This document shows, one piece after another, positions 1-10,818 of a DNA stretch of 64,000 nucleotides (position 1 is the stretch's first letter; every line of letters begins with the position of its first letter). This DNA comes from a virus (lineage: Duplodnaviria; Caudoviricetes), in the IMG/VR virus record IMGVR_UViG_3300026546_000001, positions 94,296 through 158,295 of that record. One strand, 5' to 3'. Under the pieces are notes generated by a model, which was not told the DNA's origin, searched no databases, and worked only from the letters and a program-made list of their open reading frames with translations. The translations under genes and the position numbers were made by a program.

Positions 1-2315
1 GTAGAGTTCCAATCTGCATTTACATTAACTTCCGCGCCATCTTCAATTCCATCTAATTTAGTTCTTTCAGTATTAGTAATAATTTGGCCTGATCCTGCAT
101 CTGTTATATTATCTAGTTCTGTTTTATTATTATGTGTGTGTCTTGCATTTGTATTAGCAGATACATCTGAATTTGTTGATACTCTTGTATCTGTATAATA
201 AAGATTATTTGAACCTTCAGATATATCATCTGTATCTAATATCACAATTCCAGTTTTACTATTAACAGAATCAACAGTGTTAACTTGCGCGCCATCTTCA
301 ATTCCATCTAATTTAGTTCTTTCAGTATCGGTGATAATTTTACCTGATCCAGCATTAGTTACGTCATTTAATTCTGTGACTGAATGTGATGAAAGGTCAG
401 TTAAATCTGTTGGTTTATTTAGTATTTCTGAATCTCCACTAGTAGAATTCCAGTTTGCATTTACATTAACTTCTGCGCCATCTTCAATTCCATCCAATTT
501 AGTTCTTTCAATATCAGTGATAATTTTACCTGATCCAGAATCTGTTACGTCATTTAATTCAGTAACTGAATGTGATGAAAGATCTGTAATATCAGTTGGA
601 ATATTATAAAAATTATTAAAATTAAATACATCATCTTCAATATTAGTTGGATCGTAAACAGATTTTAACATGTCTCCAGCTGTTGAATAATTATCTACTG
701 AAGGTACCCAATTAGAACCGTCCCATTTTAAAACATCACCAATACCTGGTGTTATTAAAGTTGTATTTACATCACTTAATTCATTTATTGATGTATTAGA
801 TATAACAGTTGAAACTCTAGTATCTGTGTAATATAAATTATTTGTCCCTTCTGGTAAATCATCTGTTGTTTGCGGAATATTTATGTTATTTAAATCATTG
901 TTTAATTCATCTATAGCAGTTTGAACATCTGTAGAACTTAAACCACTTGTTGAATTATCATATGTTATTAAATCTGCTGAATAATCTCCACTTTCTGCTA
1001 TAATGTCTCCAGTTCTTGTGAATACACTTGTCACAAGTGATTCAGGTACGTCTGATGCAACCCAATTAGTTCCATTATATTTCAAGTATTGATCAACTAA
1101 TACACCAACAGTATCAACATTATTTAAATCTTCAATATTAGCTAATGATATTCTAATGTCAACTCTTTCATCTGTGTAATATAGTCCATTTGTTCCTTCA
1201 AAAATATCATTAGTTGTTAAAATAACATCACCAACTTTATTATTAACTGAATCAACTGTGTTTACTTGTGCACCGTCTTCAATGCCTTCTAATTTAGTTC
1301 TTTCAGTATCAGTAATAATTTTACCACTTCCAGCATTAGATACATTATTTAATTCAATAACTGAATGAGATGAAAGATCTGTAATATCAGTTGGAACATT
1401 ATAAAAATTGTTATAATCAAATGCATCTGCTTCTATTAAAGTAGGATCATATACAGATTTTAACATATCACCAGAAGTTGAATTTCCTGTTTCATCAATG
1501 GATGGTGTCCAATTTGTTCCGTCCCATTTTAAAATATGACCAACTGAAGGAGAAATTGTAGATGTATCTACGTCACTTAATTCATTAATTGATGATATAT
1601 TTAAGTCAGCTAAAAAATATGATCTTTTGTAATATTTGTTAGATGATCCTTCTGGTAAATTATCTGTTGATTTATTAACAAATCTATTATCAAACCGTTG
1701 ATCAGTCCAATATAAGTTGCTTCCTTCATCTATATCTGATGTATTTAGAACAACATCACCAACCTTATTATTAATAGAATCAACAGTGTTTACTTGTGCT
1801 CCTTCTTCAATACCTTCTAATTTAGTTCTTTCAGCGCTTGTAATTATTTGACCACTTCCAGCATCTGTAATGGAATCTAATACATTTTTATTATCATGCG
1901 TATGTCTTGCTGTAGTGTTAGCAGAAACATCAGAATTTAAAGATACTCGTGCGTCTTGATAATATAAATTATTTGATCCTTCATCTATATTATCTGTAAT
2001 AAGAACTACATCGCCAGTTTTTGTATTTACACTAGTTACTGGTGCAGGTGGACGATGCTGAAATGTTAAATTACCTGAACCATCTGTAGTTAAAACATCA
2101 CCATCATCACCGTCTGAATTAGGATATTTTAAATTATTAATTGTTATATTTGTTGCAGATATATTTATATTAGTTCCAGATATAGCTAATGAATCTCCTG
2201 ATAAAGTAAATGTATTATAATTTACTAAACTTAAATTGTATATGTTTAATCCGTCAATTGCTGTGTGTGTAATTAAACCTCCACCGCCAATTACATTAAA
2301 TGGTGAATTTGCCAT
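1..2315 (-). CDS. Tail fibre protein, paralogue of 7858..10707 (partial; runs off the left edge; missing from the ORF track)
   Basis: ATG at 2315 reads MANSPFNVIGGGGLITHTAIDGLNIYNL..., matching the N-terminus of 7858..10707. The same frame reads GAEVNVNADWNS at the window edge. It has repeated DAGSG.IIT.TERTKL.GIEDGA.VN and EG.NNLYYTD.RV units. AATATATAA motif at 2336-2344. Confidence 0.85.
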   Translation of the reverse strand, partial: MANSPFNVIGGGGLITHTAIDGLNIYNLSLVNYNTFTLSGDSLAISGTNINISATNITINNLKYPNSDGDDGDVLTTDGSGNLTFQHRPPAPVTSVNTKTGDVVLITDNIDEGSNNLYYQDARVSLNSDVSANTTARHTHDNKNVLDSITDAGSGQIITSAERTKLEGIEEGAQVNTVDSINNKVGDVVLNTSDIDEGSNLYWTDQRFDNRFVNKSTDNLPEGSSNKYYKRSYFLADLNISSINELSDVDTSTISPSVGHILKWDGTNWTPSIDETGNSTSGDMLKSVYDPTLIEADAFDYNNFYNVPTDITDLSSHSVIELNNVSNAGSGKIITDTERTKLEGIEDGAQVNTVDSVNNKVGDVILTTNDIFEGTNGLYYTDERVDIRISLANIEDLNNVDTVGVLVDQYLKYNGTNWVASDVPESLVTSVFTRTGDIIAESGDYSADLITYDNSTSGLSSTDVQTAIDELNNDLNNINIPQTTDDLPEGTNNLYYTDTRVSTVISNTSINELSDVNTTLITPGIGDVLKWDGSNWVPSVDNYSTAGDMLKSVYDPTNIEDDVFNFNNFYNIPTDITDLSSHSVTELNDVTDSGSGKIITDIERTKLDGIEDGAEVNVNANWNSTSGDSEILNKPTDLTDLSSHSVTELNDVTNAGSGKIITDTERTKLDGIEDGAQVNTVDSVNSKTGIVILDTDDISEGSNNLYYTDTRVSTNSDVSANTNARHTHNNKTELDNITDAGSGQIITNTERTKLDGIEDGAEVNVNADWNS

Positions 2316-2373
2316 GTATATAAAACAAATTTTTATTATATATTATAATTTATAAACTATATTAAAATTATTA

Positions 2374-2709
2374 ATGAAATATTATAAAGCAATTGTAAAT
2401 TTACCTGGTCATAAGATAAATGATATATTGATAGAAACAAATGGTTTTTATATGTGGGAAAATGCTCCACATTATTCTTTTCCAGCAGAAGTAGTTGAAA
2501 ACAATAAAGAACATTTTGAAAGAATAGTCATAAATTATAATGAAGGAGAAAATATTTGGTATTTATCATTAAATGGTTTAATTATTGCAGATAAATTTAA
2601 TATTTCAAAACATAGTAGTTTAGATGATTTTGGAAACTTATTTAAATCAGAAGAATCTGCAAAATCTGCTCAAAATGAAATAAAAGAAATTTTTAAAAAA
2701 TATAATTAA
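2374..2709 (+). CDS. Hypothetical protein
   Basis: 111-aa ORF filling the gap between fibre genes with normal composition; no motif recognised. Confidence 0.7.
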   Translation: MKYYKAIVNLPGHKINDILIETNGFYMWENAPHYSFPAEVVENNKEHFERIVINYNEGENIWYLSLNGLIIADKFNISKHSSLDDFGNLFKSEESAKSAQNEIKEIFKKYN

Positions 2710-4937
2710 AGTTTTGATAATAATTTATCAATTAATTCTTGCTGTTTATTGATAGTTTCTTGTTGTTTATCTACAATTTCTTTTAATTCTGATATTGCTT
2801 TATATAATGGTGCAACCATTTTAGAATAATTTATTGCTTTAGTAATTTCTTCTGATTCAGCATCCTTTGTTTCAAATACAAATTCTGGATAAATATCTTC
2901 AATATCTTGAGCTATAAAACCAAGCTGTTTTCTTTTATCTTTATCTGATTTTAAATTATATTCAACTGCTAATTTACCAGTTTCAACTACTTTATCTAAT
3001 TCAGAATTTAAATATTTTATATTTTCTTTTAACTTTCTATCTGATGTTGCAACCCAATCTGTTGCAGTTCCAGTACCAGACCAAGTTAGATCACCATCAG
3101 ATTCCAAAGTAAATGTATGTTTATTAGACCAACTATCCCAATTATTAGTTGGAACATACATAAAAATACCACTTTCTCCTCCAACATAAACTGATTCTGC
3201 TGATAATGAAACATTAGATTCAATTTGATATCTTGATTCACCGGCACCTAATATTAAACAATCATCTGCACCAATGCCAAGACCTCCATTTGCAGTATAT
3301 CTTTTTATAGCATCTTTTGAATCTAATTTTAATATTGTTCCTGTATCAGGTGTATATGTTAACGTACCTGAAAAATAATCAGCTGCATCACTTCTAATAA
3401 ACGAACCAGCTTGAATACCATCAACTGTATCTGCATCTAATCCTGATCCAGACCCATCATTACCAGAATGCCAAACTTCTCTATAAACACCATTATAATA
3501 TAACATTAATTTTAAAGGAACAGATTGAGATTGACTATTATTGTCAGCTGGATATATTCTATGCTCATATGTTGCATCATCATAATATGATTTTGACATT
3601 CCGTCTGCGCCATCTTGTAAATGTATAGTACTATTTAAATATATACTAGTTCCCTTTATACTTCCATTTACATCTAATTTTTGACTTGGTGATGTAGTTC
3701 CTATACCTAATCCACTATTATTAATAGTCATATAAGTTGTTGTACTATCTCCGTTTGTAAAACTTAAACCATTTGTTGTACTTCTTATTTGACCACCTTT
3801 TGCATTATCATTATCTTGTGTTATTCTTAAAAACGCTGGATTTCCAATTCTATCTAAAATAATTCCACCATTTGCGTGACTTACAACAAATGCATATGTA
3901 CCAGAAAATCCAGATAATGTAGAACCAATGTTAATTGTATCATCTACTTGTAAATCTGTAGTTATTCGAGCGTTTCCTGTTACGTCTAAATTATATGCAG
4001 GTGAAGTATTATAAATTCCAAATCTTTTATTAGCTCCATCAAAAGTAAAAATGTCACTCCCTACTGTTGCATAATCTCCATTTGTTTTACGTCCATATTT
4101 TAATTTAAAATAGGTATTATCATTAACAAAAGTCCAATTATTAGAGTAACTACCACCGTCCCATCTTGAAGTATGAAAATTTAAAGAATTAATATATGAC
4201 CTATGATTTTGATCTGTTCCATATTGTGTATCTATAGACCAAAAACCATTACCTGTAAAATCAGATGACTCAGATACAATTGTTCCTGTTTTTACATGTA
4301 ATTTATAATATGGATCAATTGTTCCTATACCAACATTTCCGTCTCCTCTCCATGACATTATATTATTTGACCATACATCTGTTGCTAATACTAATTTATT
4401 ACCAGTGTTACCTGAGCCAGCAAAATAGCCTTTAAATACAAATTCATTTGTATCACCTTCAGAAAAACTTAATAAATTTGTATTATCTCCAGTTATATTA
4501 CTAATAGAAATCATTGCAGTTGGTGTTTTAGTGTTGATTCCAATTTTACTAGCAAAATATGCACTACCATCAGTTCGTAATATTAAATTTTCAGGATCAT
4601 TAGTACCATGAATAGAAACATAATCATCAATAGAACTATCATCTGATGGACAAATATGTATCACCCCCTTATTTGCATCATCTCCTGCAGCAGTTTCATG
4701 TACTATAAATCCTGGATCACTTGAACCAGTTGCAGCAGTAAAATAAATTATATTTTGGTGTGTTGTTGTATTTGCAAAATGTGACGATAATCTAGATGCA
4801 TCAATAGATTTTATAGATATCATGCCATCTGCAATACTTAGTTCAGATCCAATTAATGTAGTATTACTATTATTAAAATTTCCAGAATGAAAAACTAAAT
4901 GTCCGCCTATTGTTGTTCCAGCTTTTAAATTAGCCAT
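2706..4937 (-). CDS. Distal tail fibre with C-terminal intramolecular chaperone (peptidase S74); gp36-like N-terminus
   Basis: C-terminal SDRKLKENI...LGFIAQD...INYSKMVAPL plus a coiled coil is the S74 signature. GNVGIGT..P repeats and GSGSGLDADTVDG. N-terminal MANLKAGTTIGG..FHSGN resembles T4 gp36. Confidence 0.9.
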   Translation of the reverse strand: MANLKAGTTIGGHLVFHSGNFNNSNTTLIGSELSIADGMISIKSIDASRLSSHFANTTTHQNIIYFTAATGSSDPGFIVHETAAGDDANKGVIHICPSDDSSIDDYVSIHGTNDPENLILRTDGSAYFASKIGINTKTPTAMISISNITGDNTNLLSFSEGDTNEFVFKGYFAGSGNTGNKLVLATDVWSNNIMSWRGDGNVGIGTIDPYYKLHVKTGTIVSESSDFTGNGFWSIDTQYGTDQNHRSYINSLNFHTSRWDGGSYSNNWTFVNDNTYFKLKYGRKTNGDYATVGSDIFTFDGANKRFGIYNTSPAYNLDVTGNARITTDLQVDDTINIGSTLSGFSGTYAFVVSHANGGIILDRIGNPAFLRITQDNDNAKGGQIRSTTNGLSFTNGDSTTTYMTINNSGLGIGTTSPSQKLDVNGSIKGTSIYLNSTIHLQDGADGMSKSYYDDATYEHRIYPADNNSQSQSVPLKLMLYYNGVYREVWHSGNDGSGSGLDADTVDGIQAGSFIRSDAADYFSGTLTYTPDTGTILKLDSKDAIKRYTANGGLGIGADDCLILGAGESRYQIESNVSLSAESVYVGGESGIFMYVPTNNWDSWSNKHTFTLESDGDLTWSGTGTATDWVATSDRKLKENIKYLNSELDKVVETGKLAVEYNLKSDKDKRKQLGFIAQDIEDIYPEFVFETKDAESEEITKAINYSKMVAPLYKAISELKEIVDKQQETINKQQELIDKLLSKL

Positions 4938-4945
4938 ATATTTAT

Positions 4946-4994
4946 AATGATTTTATTATATATTAAAATACAATGATTTTATTATATATTAAAA
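4946..4994. repeat. 23-bp direct tandem duplication containing the late-promoter motif
   Basis: aatgattttattatatattaaaa at 4946-4968 and 4972-4994. Confidence 0.9.
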
Positions 4995-7856
4995 ATCAGA
5001 TAAATCACCACACTGAAATGTTCCATCACCTATCATTTTTATTTCTGTTGGTGTTGCTTCTCTAAATGAAATGTTTCTCCATTTTAATGTTCCAGAACCA
5101 TCATATCCAACTCTCATTGGATATATTAAACATCTTAAATTTCCAGTTGATCCAGCTTGCGCAATTGACCATCCATAAAACCATTTTTCATATGGTGAAT
5201 TAGAAAATGTACTACTTCTAATTTCATTTCCTGATTCTTCGTGCTCTATTACACATGGATAATAATCAAAAGTGTTTCCTAATGATTGCCAAAACCAACC
5301 ACTAAATACATAATATTTACCACTTATTGTTGTAATATCAAATCCTTTATATACACCATCAGTATCTGTAAATGTAGTTTGATGATATTCACCTAATTCA
5401 TCATTTTGATATGTTACTGTTCCATGACCACTTACAGTGTAAGAAATACTAGTACTTAATTCAGTTAATGGCCATAAATTTTCTCCTAATTCATTTATTT
5501 GTTTAACTAAAAAAATTCCAGATTTTTTAATACTACCTTTAGTTTTTAATAATTGCTCAATTTCAGTTGTAGTTAAAACTTCATCATAAATATTAATATC
5601 ATAATGTGTTCCATTCCATATTGGTTGTGTACCAAATATCAATTTATTAATTTCTGTATTATTTATATCTATTGTAAATGAATGTTCAGTTTTATATACA
5701 GAATCTTGAATGATTTGAAATGAGAAAGAAGTAGATGTTTTTTTTGCAATCCAAATTATTTCTTTGTTTGAATCTATTGTATAATATTCATGAATATTAG
5801 ACCAACCATCTATCCAATCTCTAGCTGCTATAAATGGAACAGATTCACCATAATGATCACTATTAGTATCACCATTAACATAATATCTATAATCAACTAA
5901 ATTGTTATTAACTTCATCTTTAAATCCAATTAATACTGAATTATTTGCACTATTAGAATACGTTGGATCATTTGTAAAAGCAGTTCTTGGTAAAAATTTA
6001 CCCATAATAGTTCCATATTTAAAATGACCTGGTATATGTAAATATAAAAATGTATCAAGTTTATATTTTTCTGTAAATTCACATACTCTAGGATATTCAG
6101 TTTGTTTTATTAGTTGTGATCCATATAATCTAACTTCGCATGTTGCAGGTGTATAATCATACATTTGAATTGCCATATGATCTGTTGCAGATTGAGTTGT
6201 AAATGTTCCCCAAATTCTATACCAACCATTTTCCATTGTTTCATAATATATTGCTTCACCGTGTTCGCGTAATTGATTACCACTTGAATCATATTCACGT
6301 ATATAAATATTATTTACTGATGATATTGGAGCTGTAATACCTTTTACATTCTTTTTAAATATTGATACTGTATATACTGTACTTGAACTAATTCCATATA
6401 CTGTATCTGACGCTGCTAATCGCATTCCTAAATCACTTCCATCTGAAGACTCCCAACTCACAAATACTGCTTTAGTTGTTCCAGTTGGAGTAGATTCATC
6501 TTCAACATACCCATATTGAATATTAGTTGCACTTCCCCATCCATATGCATATGGCCATATTCCAAGTGCCCCATGCGTTGTATTAACTAAATTTATAAAT
6601 TGACTTTCAACTGGTAAACCTGTTTCAACTTTAGAACAATTTCCATTAAATTCAGTTAAGTTTATTATATGTCCAATTGATGTTTCATAATATGTACCTT
6701 CTAAATTAGAATCAAATACTTTATACCAATAATCACCATTTTTACTAATGCTACGTATATTATCAATATAATATCTAGTATCACCATAATAATGCCATAC
6801 AGTAAATTTATGAATTGGATATATTTTACCCATATCTACTTGAGCATATATATCAACTGCATTTGTAACATATGCATAGCCAGCAGTTGCAATACTACCG
6901 TCTGTAATTTTTTCAGGAAGTGATATTGTTTGATTACCTGTGACAGATTTTTGATAACATAAATTATCTGTAACTGAAAATGGTTTCCATTCTGGTTTTT
7001 TATATGCTTGAATTTCAACCCAATGATTATTAGCATTAACAGAATTACCAGATATTTGATCTCTAATATATCTTACATTACTGGGTTTATTTAATGCTTC
7101 AATATATATACTTAATTGATAAAATATAAAATATTTAAATCGTGTATTAAAATATATTGAACTAAACGTTCCAGCTTGATCATGTATTAATGATCCTCCT
7201 AATCCATTATTTGGTTCATATATAAATCCCATTGTCGCATTTTCATCAATATCACTATGATAATAAAGTTGTTTTGCACCATAATTTAAATTTGATGCAT
7301 AATAATTTGGATCTGTACCAAGTGAACCAATAGATTCACCATGTCTTGTTTTAGTAATATGAGATACATTATATGATGTTATTGCTAAATGTGTATCTTC
7401 ATTAGATATAGAAACAGCTGTGAAAAATAGATTTGTTAATGTGTCATTTCCTGATGTTACAACAACTAAACCTTCATCTGCGCATTCTTTTGCTTTTGTC
7501 ATTGAACTACTTTGAACAGCCCAAACGTACATGTCTACAACAACTATATCATATGAAGATTTTAATGTACTTGCTGATTGTGCTTGAAAATCAGATTGAG
7601 ACATTGGATTAGATATAGTTGCACCATACTCTAGTAATTTAGCGATTATATATTTTTTTGATGTATCATTTACATCATATGCAACCCATAGTACATTTAA
7701 TCCTTTAAAACTATATACTTCAGGTTTTAAACTACCATGTTGTAATGAATATCTTAATCTTAAATTAGCAGTTCTGGTAAAAAATTTTTCTTCAATTTCA
7801 CCATCTGTTATTTTTAATAATTCACTTTTGTATATTTTTAACGGTGTTGTCGCCAT
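4989..7856 (-). CDS. Tail-fibre-associated protein with carbohydrate-binding-like beta-sandwich domains (gp35/hinge position)
   Basis: Lies between two fibre genes. Discoidin-like segment (NNHWVEIQ...QVDMGKIYPI), CBM-like segments (YTVSIF...GWYRIW) and a LamG-like end (WNGTHYDINIYDEVLTTTEI). Confidence 0.65.
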   Translation of the reverse strand: MATTPLKIYKSELLKITDGEIEEKFFTRTANLRLRYSLQHGSLKPEVYSFKGLNVLWVAYDVNDTSKKYIIAKLLEYGATISNPMSQSDFQAQSASTLKSSYDIVVVDMYVWAVQSSSMTKAKECADEGLVVVTSGNDTLTNLFFTAVSISNEDTHLAITSYNVSHITKTRHGESIGSLGTDPNYYASNLNYGAKQLYYHSDIDENATMGFIYEPNNGLGGSLIHDQAGTFSSIYFNTRFKYFIFYQLSIYIEALNKPSNVRYIRDQISGNSVNANNHWVEIQAYKKPEWKPFSVTDNLCYQKSVTGNQTISLPEKITDGSIATAGYAYVTNAVDIYAQVDMGKIYPIHKFTVWHYYGDTRYYIDNIRSISKNGDYWYKVFDSNLEGTYYETSIGHIINLTEFNGNCSKVETGLPVESQFINLVNTTHGALGIWPYAYGWGSATNIQYGYVEDESTPTGTTKAVFVSWESSDGSDLGMRLAASDTVYGISSSTVYTVSIFKKNVKGITAPISSVNNIYIREYDSSGNQLREHGEAIYYETMENGWYRIWGTFTTQSATDHMAIQMYDYTPATCEVRLYGSQLIKQTEYPRVCEFTEKYKLDTFLYLHIPGHFKYGTIMGKFLPRTAFTNDPTYSNSANNSVLIGFKDEVNNNLVDYRYYVNGDTNSDHYGESVPFIAARDWIDGWSNIHEYYTIDSNKEIIWIAKKTSTSFSFQIIQDSVYKTEHSFTIDINNTEINKLIFGTQPIWNGTHYDINIYDEVLTTTEIEQLLKTKGSIKKSGIFLVKQINELGENLWPLTELSTSISYTVSGHGTVTYQNDELGEYHQTTFTDTDGVYKGFDITTISGKYYVFSGWFWQSLGNTFDYYPCVIEHEESGNEIRSSTFSNSPYEKWFYGWSIAQAGSTGNLRCLIYPMRVGYDGSGTLKWRNISFREATPTEIKMIGDGTFQCGDLSDF

Positions 7857-7857
7857 A

Positions 7858-10707
7858 TTAATTAATTATAAAATCTATTGATTTGTCTGTATCATTCCAT
7901 TGCATTTTAAATCCAGATGTACCTGCAGTATTTAATACTTCAACATAATCACGAGCTTGTACGCGACCTTCAACTTTAGCATTTCCAGATGCAACATGTA
8001 GTTTTTCAACTGGACTAAATGTATTTATTCCAATATTTTTATTATCTAACAACGTTAATTGACTATTTCCTTCATCATCAATAAAATAATGATTCGCATA
8101 TGATTCACGACCAGATAAATAAATTAAACCACGTAATGTTCCAGCATTACCATATAAATGTCCATACCAGTCGAATGTTATTTGTGATTCATATGTATGG
8201 TTCCATGGTATATATGTATGTTTAAAAAACAAAGATTCTACATAATTATTAATATTTTCAATTTGTATGTTACCACCATATATTGATAATATTTCAGATG
8301 GATTTGTTGTTCCAATACCAACTTTTCCAGTTACATCAACTGATATTCTATTAATATTATTTGTTTTTATATGTACTTTATCATTAGTAATAGTACCAAA
8401 ATAAACATCATTTAAATTATAATCACCTTTACCTATAAACCAATGATATGAATCATTATTATAACCAACTATAGTTCCAGATGTATTTGCATCATATGAT
8501 AATGCTAACATTCCAGTATTACCAGTTATTTTAAGTTGAGAATTAATGTCATTCCAATTTACGTTTGTAGTAGTTGTAAGTTTATTACTACCATTAGATA
8601 TAACCATATCTCCTGTGTTTCCATTACCACTTGTAGATGTTTCCCAACGCGTATTATCAGTAGATTCGTTTAAATATAATTTGCTCCAGTTTATAATTTC
8701 TATTACTTCTCCAGCTGTGTTATATGCGTTTCTTAATTTTATAGTTGCTAATATAAACGATTCTTCACCAGTATCTGTATGACTATATCCATAATCTACT
8801 CCAGAGCCAGCTCCTGATCCATAATCAGCATATACATACATTACTGAATATCTATCAGCTGTATCATTAATATATTGCGTTTGAGATATTGTTGATGAAA
8901 CTGTTCTTTTTTTATGTACATACGTTGTGCCACTTAAACCATAACCATAATATATTGTATATGATCCATTATCAGGTACAATTTCAGCAGTTATGCTAAC
9001 TACATCAGAAGAAACATCTGAAATAGTTACGTTTACAGTATATGTTCCAACGACATATGGAAAATGTATTGGTGTTAAACCAGTTAAATCTTTTCTTATT
9101 GTTGGTATATCTGCAGTTCCAACTTCACCCGTAGTATTAATAGTTGCCATTTTTATTTTAGTTGATGACAAATTAGATAGCTTTAACGTACCACTAATAG
9201 TTGCATTACTATCTACAGATAACGTACCACTCATTGTTACATTACCTGATAAAGTACTTGTGCCACCAACTGATAAATTAGATGTAACAGATAAATCAGA
9301 CGAAATAGTAACATCATCATATAACTTAATGATTTTGTTTCCACCTCCTGAATTGTTACCTAATATCATCAATGCTTTATAATTTGAACTATCATTTATA
9401 ATACCTGCACCTCCACCTGTATTTACAATATCATCAGGATCATAATTGTCGTATTGATTAAAATTAATAAATCCAGTTCTTAATCCCTCATTAAACGTTA
9501 TTGTTTGTCCAGCAGTTCCTTCAGAATTTGTTTGTAAAAAATCGCTTGCGTGTTTACCATCTAAATAATCACTATTTAAATTAGTTACTAATGTTGTAGA
9601 TGTGACAATCATAGGTGCAGTTCCACTTGCTTTACTTAATGTTAATTGATCTGAAAATTTACCTGTTCCTGTAACATCTAAAATATATCCTGGAGAATTA
9701 TTTCCAATACCAATTTTACCATTTGTATGCGCATAAAAAATATAATTTCCAGACGTATTTCTAAATCCAAATGCAGAATCATTAAACATTATATCACCCA
9801 TGTAAGTATTTGAATTACCATGTAATTTTATACCTACTGCAGCAGAAGAAGATCTTAATGATAATGCTTCATTACTTCCATCACCAAATTTACCAGTTCC
9901 ATTAACATCTAGTTTTGCGCCTGGTGTAGTAACACCAATACCAACGTTTCCATCTTTATCAATATGTATTGCAGTTGTAGATCCTACATTTATATCAATT
10001 ATTGGATTAGTTCCTAAACTACTTATTACTGATTTACTAGACGTTGATTCAAATTTAAATGATAATGTATTACTAGTATCTTTACCAACATAAATTAATC
10101 TATCTGTTGTATCAAATACTGCTAAATTTCCTCCTTTAACACTTAATTTTTGAGATGGAGCAGTGTCAGATACGCCAACATTACCGTCTGTTGCTTCATA
10201 TAATACACTTTTAGTAATGTCTGTTGCACTACTATATTTTACAATATAATTATTTGTTCCACCTAAATCTTTTTGAATCCAATTTGATCCATCAAATCTT
10301 AAAAAATTTCCTGTTACAGGTGTTCCAAGTGTTACATCACTTAAATCACCTAATGACGCGTTTGATATTCTAGCATCTACTCTATTATCAGTATAATATA
10401 AATTTGTTGATCCTTCAGATATATTATCTGTATTTAAGACAACATCTCCTGTTAATGTATTAACACTTGTAACTGGTGCAGATGGCGGTACAGCAAATTG
10501 TAAATTTCCTTGTCCATCTGTTACTAATACGTTTCCATATGCACCATCAGTTCCTGGATATTTTATATCATTTATGTATACATCGTTTCCTTGTAATTTT
10601 AAAGAATTAAAGTTAATTAATTCTAAGTTATGCGTATTTAATCCATCTACACTAGTGTTACCAATTAATCCACCACCACCAATAACATTTAAATTTTTTA
10701 CAGACAT
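7858..10707 (-). CDS. Proximal long tail fibre-like protein (gp34 position)
   Basis: Multiple GNVGIG...P.KL.V.G fibre repeats, LNSDYLDGKHAS, and a C-terminal WNDTDKSIDF typical of proximal fibre ends. Confidence 0.8.
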   Translation of the reverse strand: MSVKNLNVIGGGGLIGNTSVDGLNTHNLELINFNSLKLQGNDVYINDIKYPGTDGAYGNVLVTDGQGNLQFAVPPSAPVTSVNTLTGDVVLNTDNISEGSTNLYYTDNRVDARISNASLGDLSDVTLGTPVTGNFLRFDGSNWIQKDLGGTNNYIVKYSSATDITKSVLYEATDGNVGVSDTAPSQKLSVKGGNLAVFDTTDRLIYVGKDTSNTLSFKFESTSSKSVISSLGTNPIIDINVGSTTAIHIDKDGNVGIGVTTPGAKLDVNGTGKFGDGSNEALSLRSSSAAVGIKLHGNSNTYMGDIMFNDSAFGFRNTSGNYIFYAHTNGKIGIGNNSPGYILDVTGTGKFSDQLTLSKASGTAPMIVTSTTLVTNLNSDYLDGKHASDFLQTNSEGTAGQTITFNEGLRTGFINFNQYDNYDPDDIVNTGGGAGIINDSSNYKALMILGNNSGGGNKIIKLYDDVTISSDLSVTSNLSVGGTSTLSGNVTMSGTLSVDSNATISGTLKLSNLSSTKIKMATINTTGEVGTADIPTIRKDLTGLTPIHFPYVVGTYTVNVTISDVSSDVVSITAEIVPDNGSYTIYYGYGLSGTTYVHKKRTVSSTISQTQYINDTADRYSVMYVYADYGSGAGSGVDYGYSHTDTGEESFILATIKLRNAYNTAGEVIEIINWSKLYLNESTDNTRWETSTSGNGNTGDMVISNGSNKLTTTTNVNWNDINSQLKITGNTGMLALSYDANTSGTIVGYNNDSYHWFIGKGDYNLNDVYFGTITNDKVHIKTNNINRISVDVTGKVGIGTTNPSEILSIYGGNIQIENINNYVESLFFKHTYIPWNHTYESQITFDWYGHLYGNAGTLRGLIYLSGRESYANHYFIDDEGNSQLTLLDNKNIGINTFSPVEKLHVASGNAKVEGRVQARDYVEVLNTAGTSGFKMQWNDTDKSIDFIIN

Positions 10708-10763
10708 TAAATAATAATATTATTTTTTATTATATATTATTATTTTAATATAATTATAAAAAA

Positions 10764-10791
10764 AAATCCCAATATAAAAATATTGGGATTT
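10764..10791 (-). terminator. Intrinsic terminator after the M28 peptidase gene
   Basis: aaatcccaata / tattgggattt inverted repeat with an adjacent U-tract on the minus strand. Confidence 0.8.
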
Positions 10792-10818
10792 AATTTTTTT
10801 TTATTAAATAATAAAAAG

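Noticed and set aside
277-609. Plus-strand ORF, and similar shadows at 8546, 8993, 11123, 15715, 19453, 43332, 49744, 50048 and 50789
   Set aside because: They lie antisense to long genuine genes and reflect codon bias or repeats.
1-10707. Diversity-generating retroelement or invertase-driven fibre switching
   Set aside because: No reverse transcriptase, recombinase or adenine-specific template/variable repeat pair is visible in the window.
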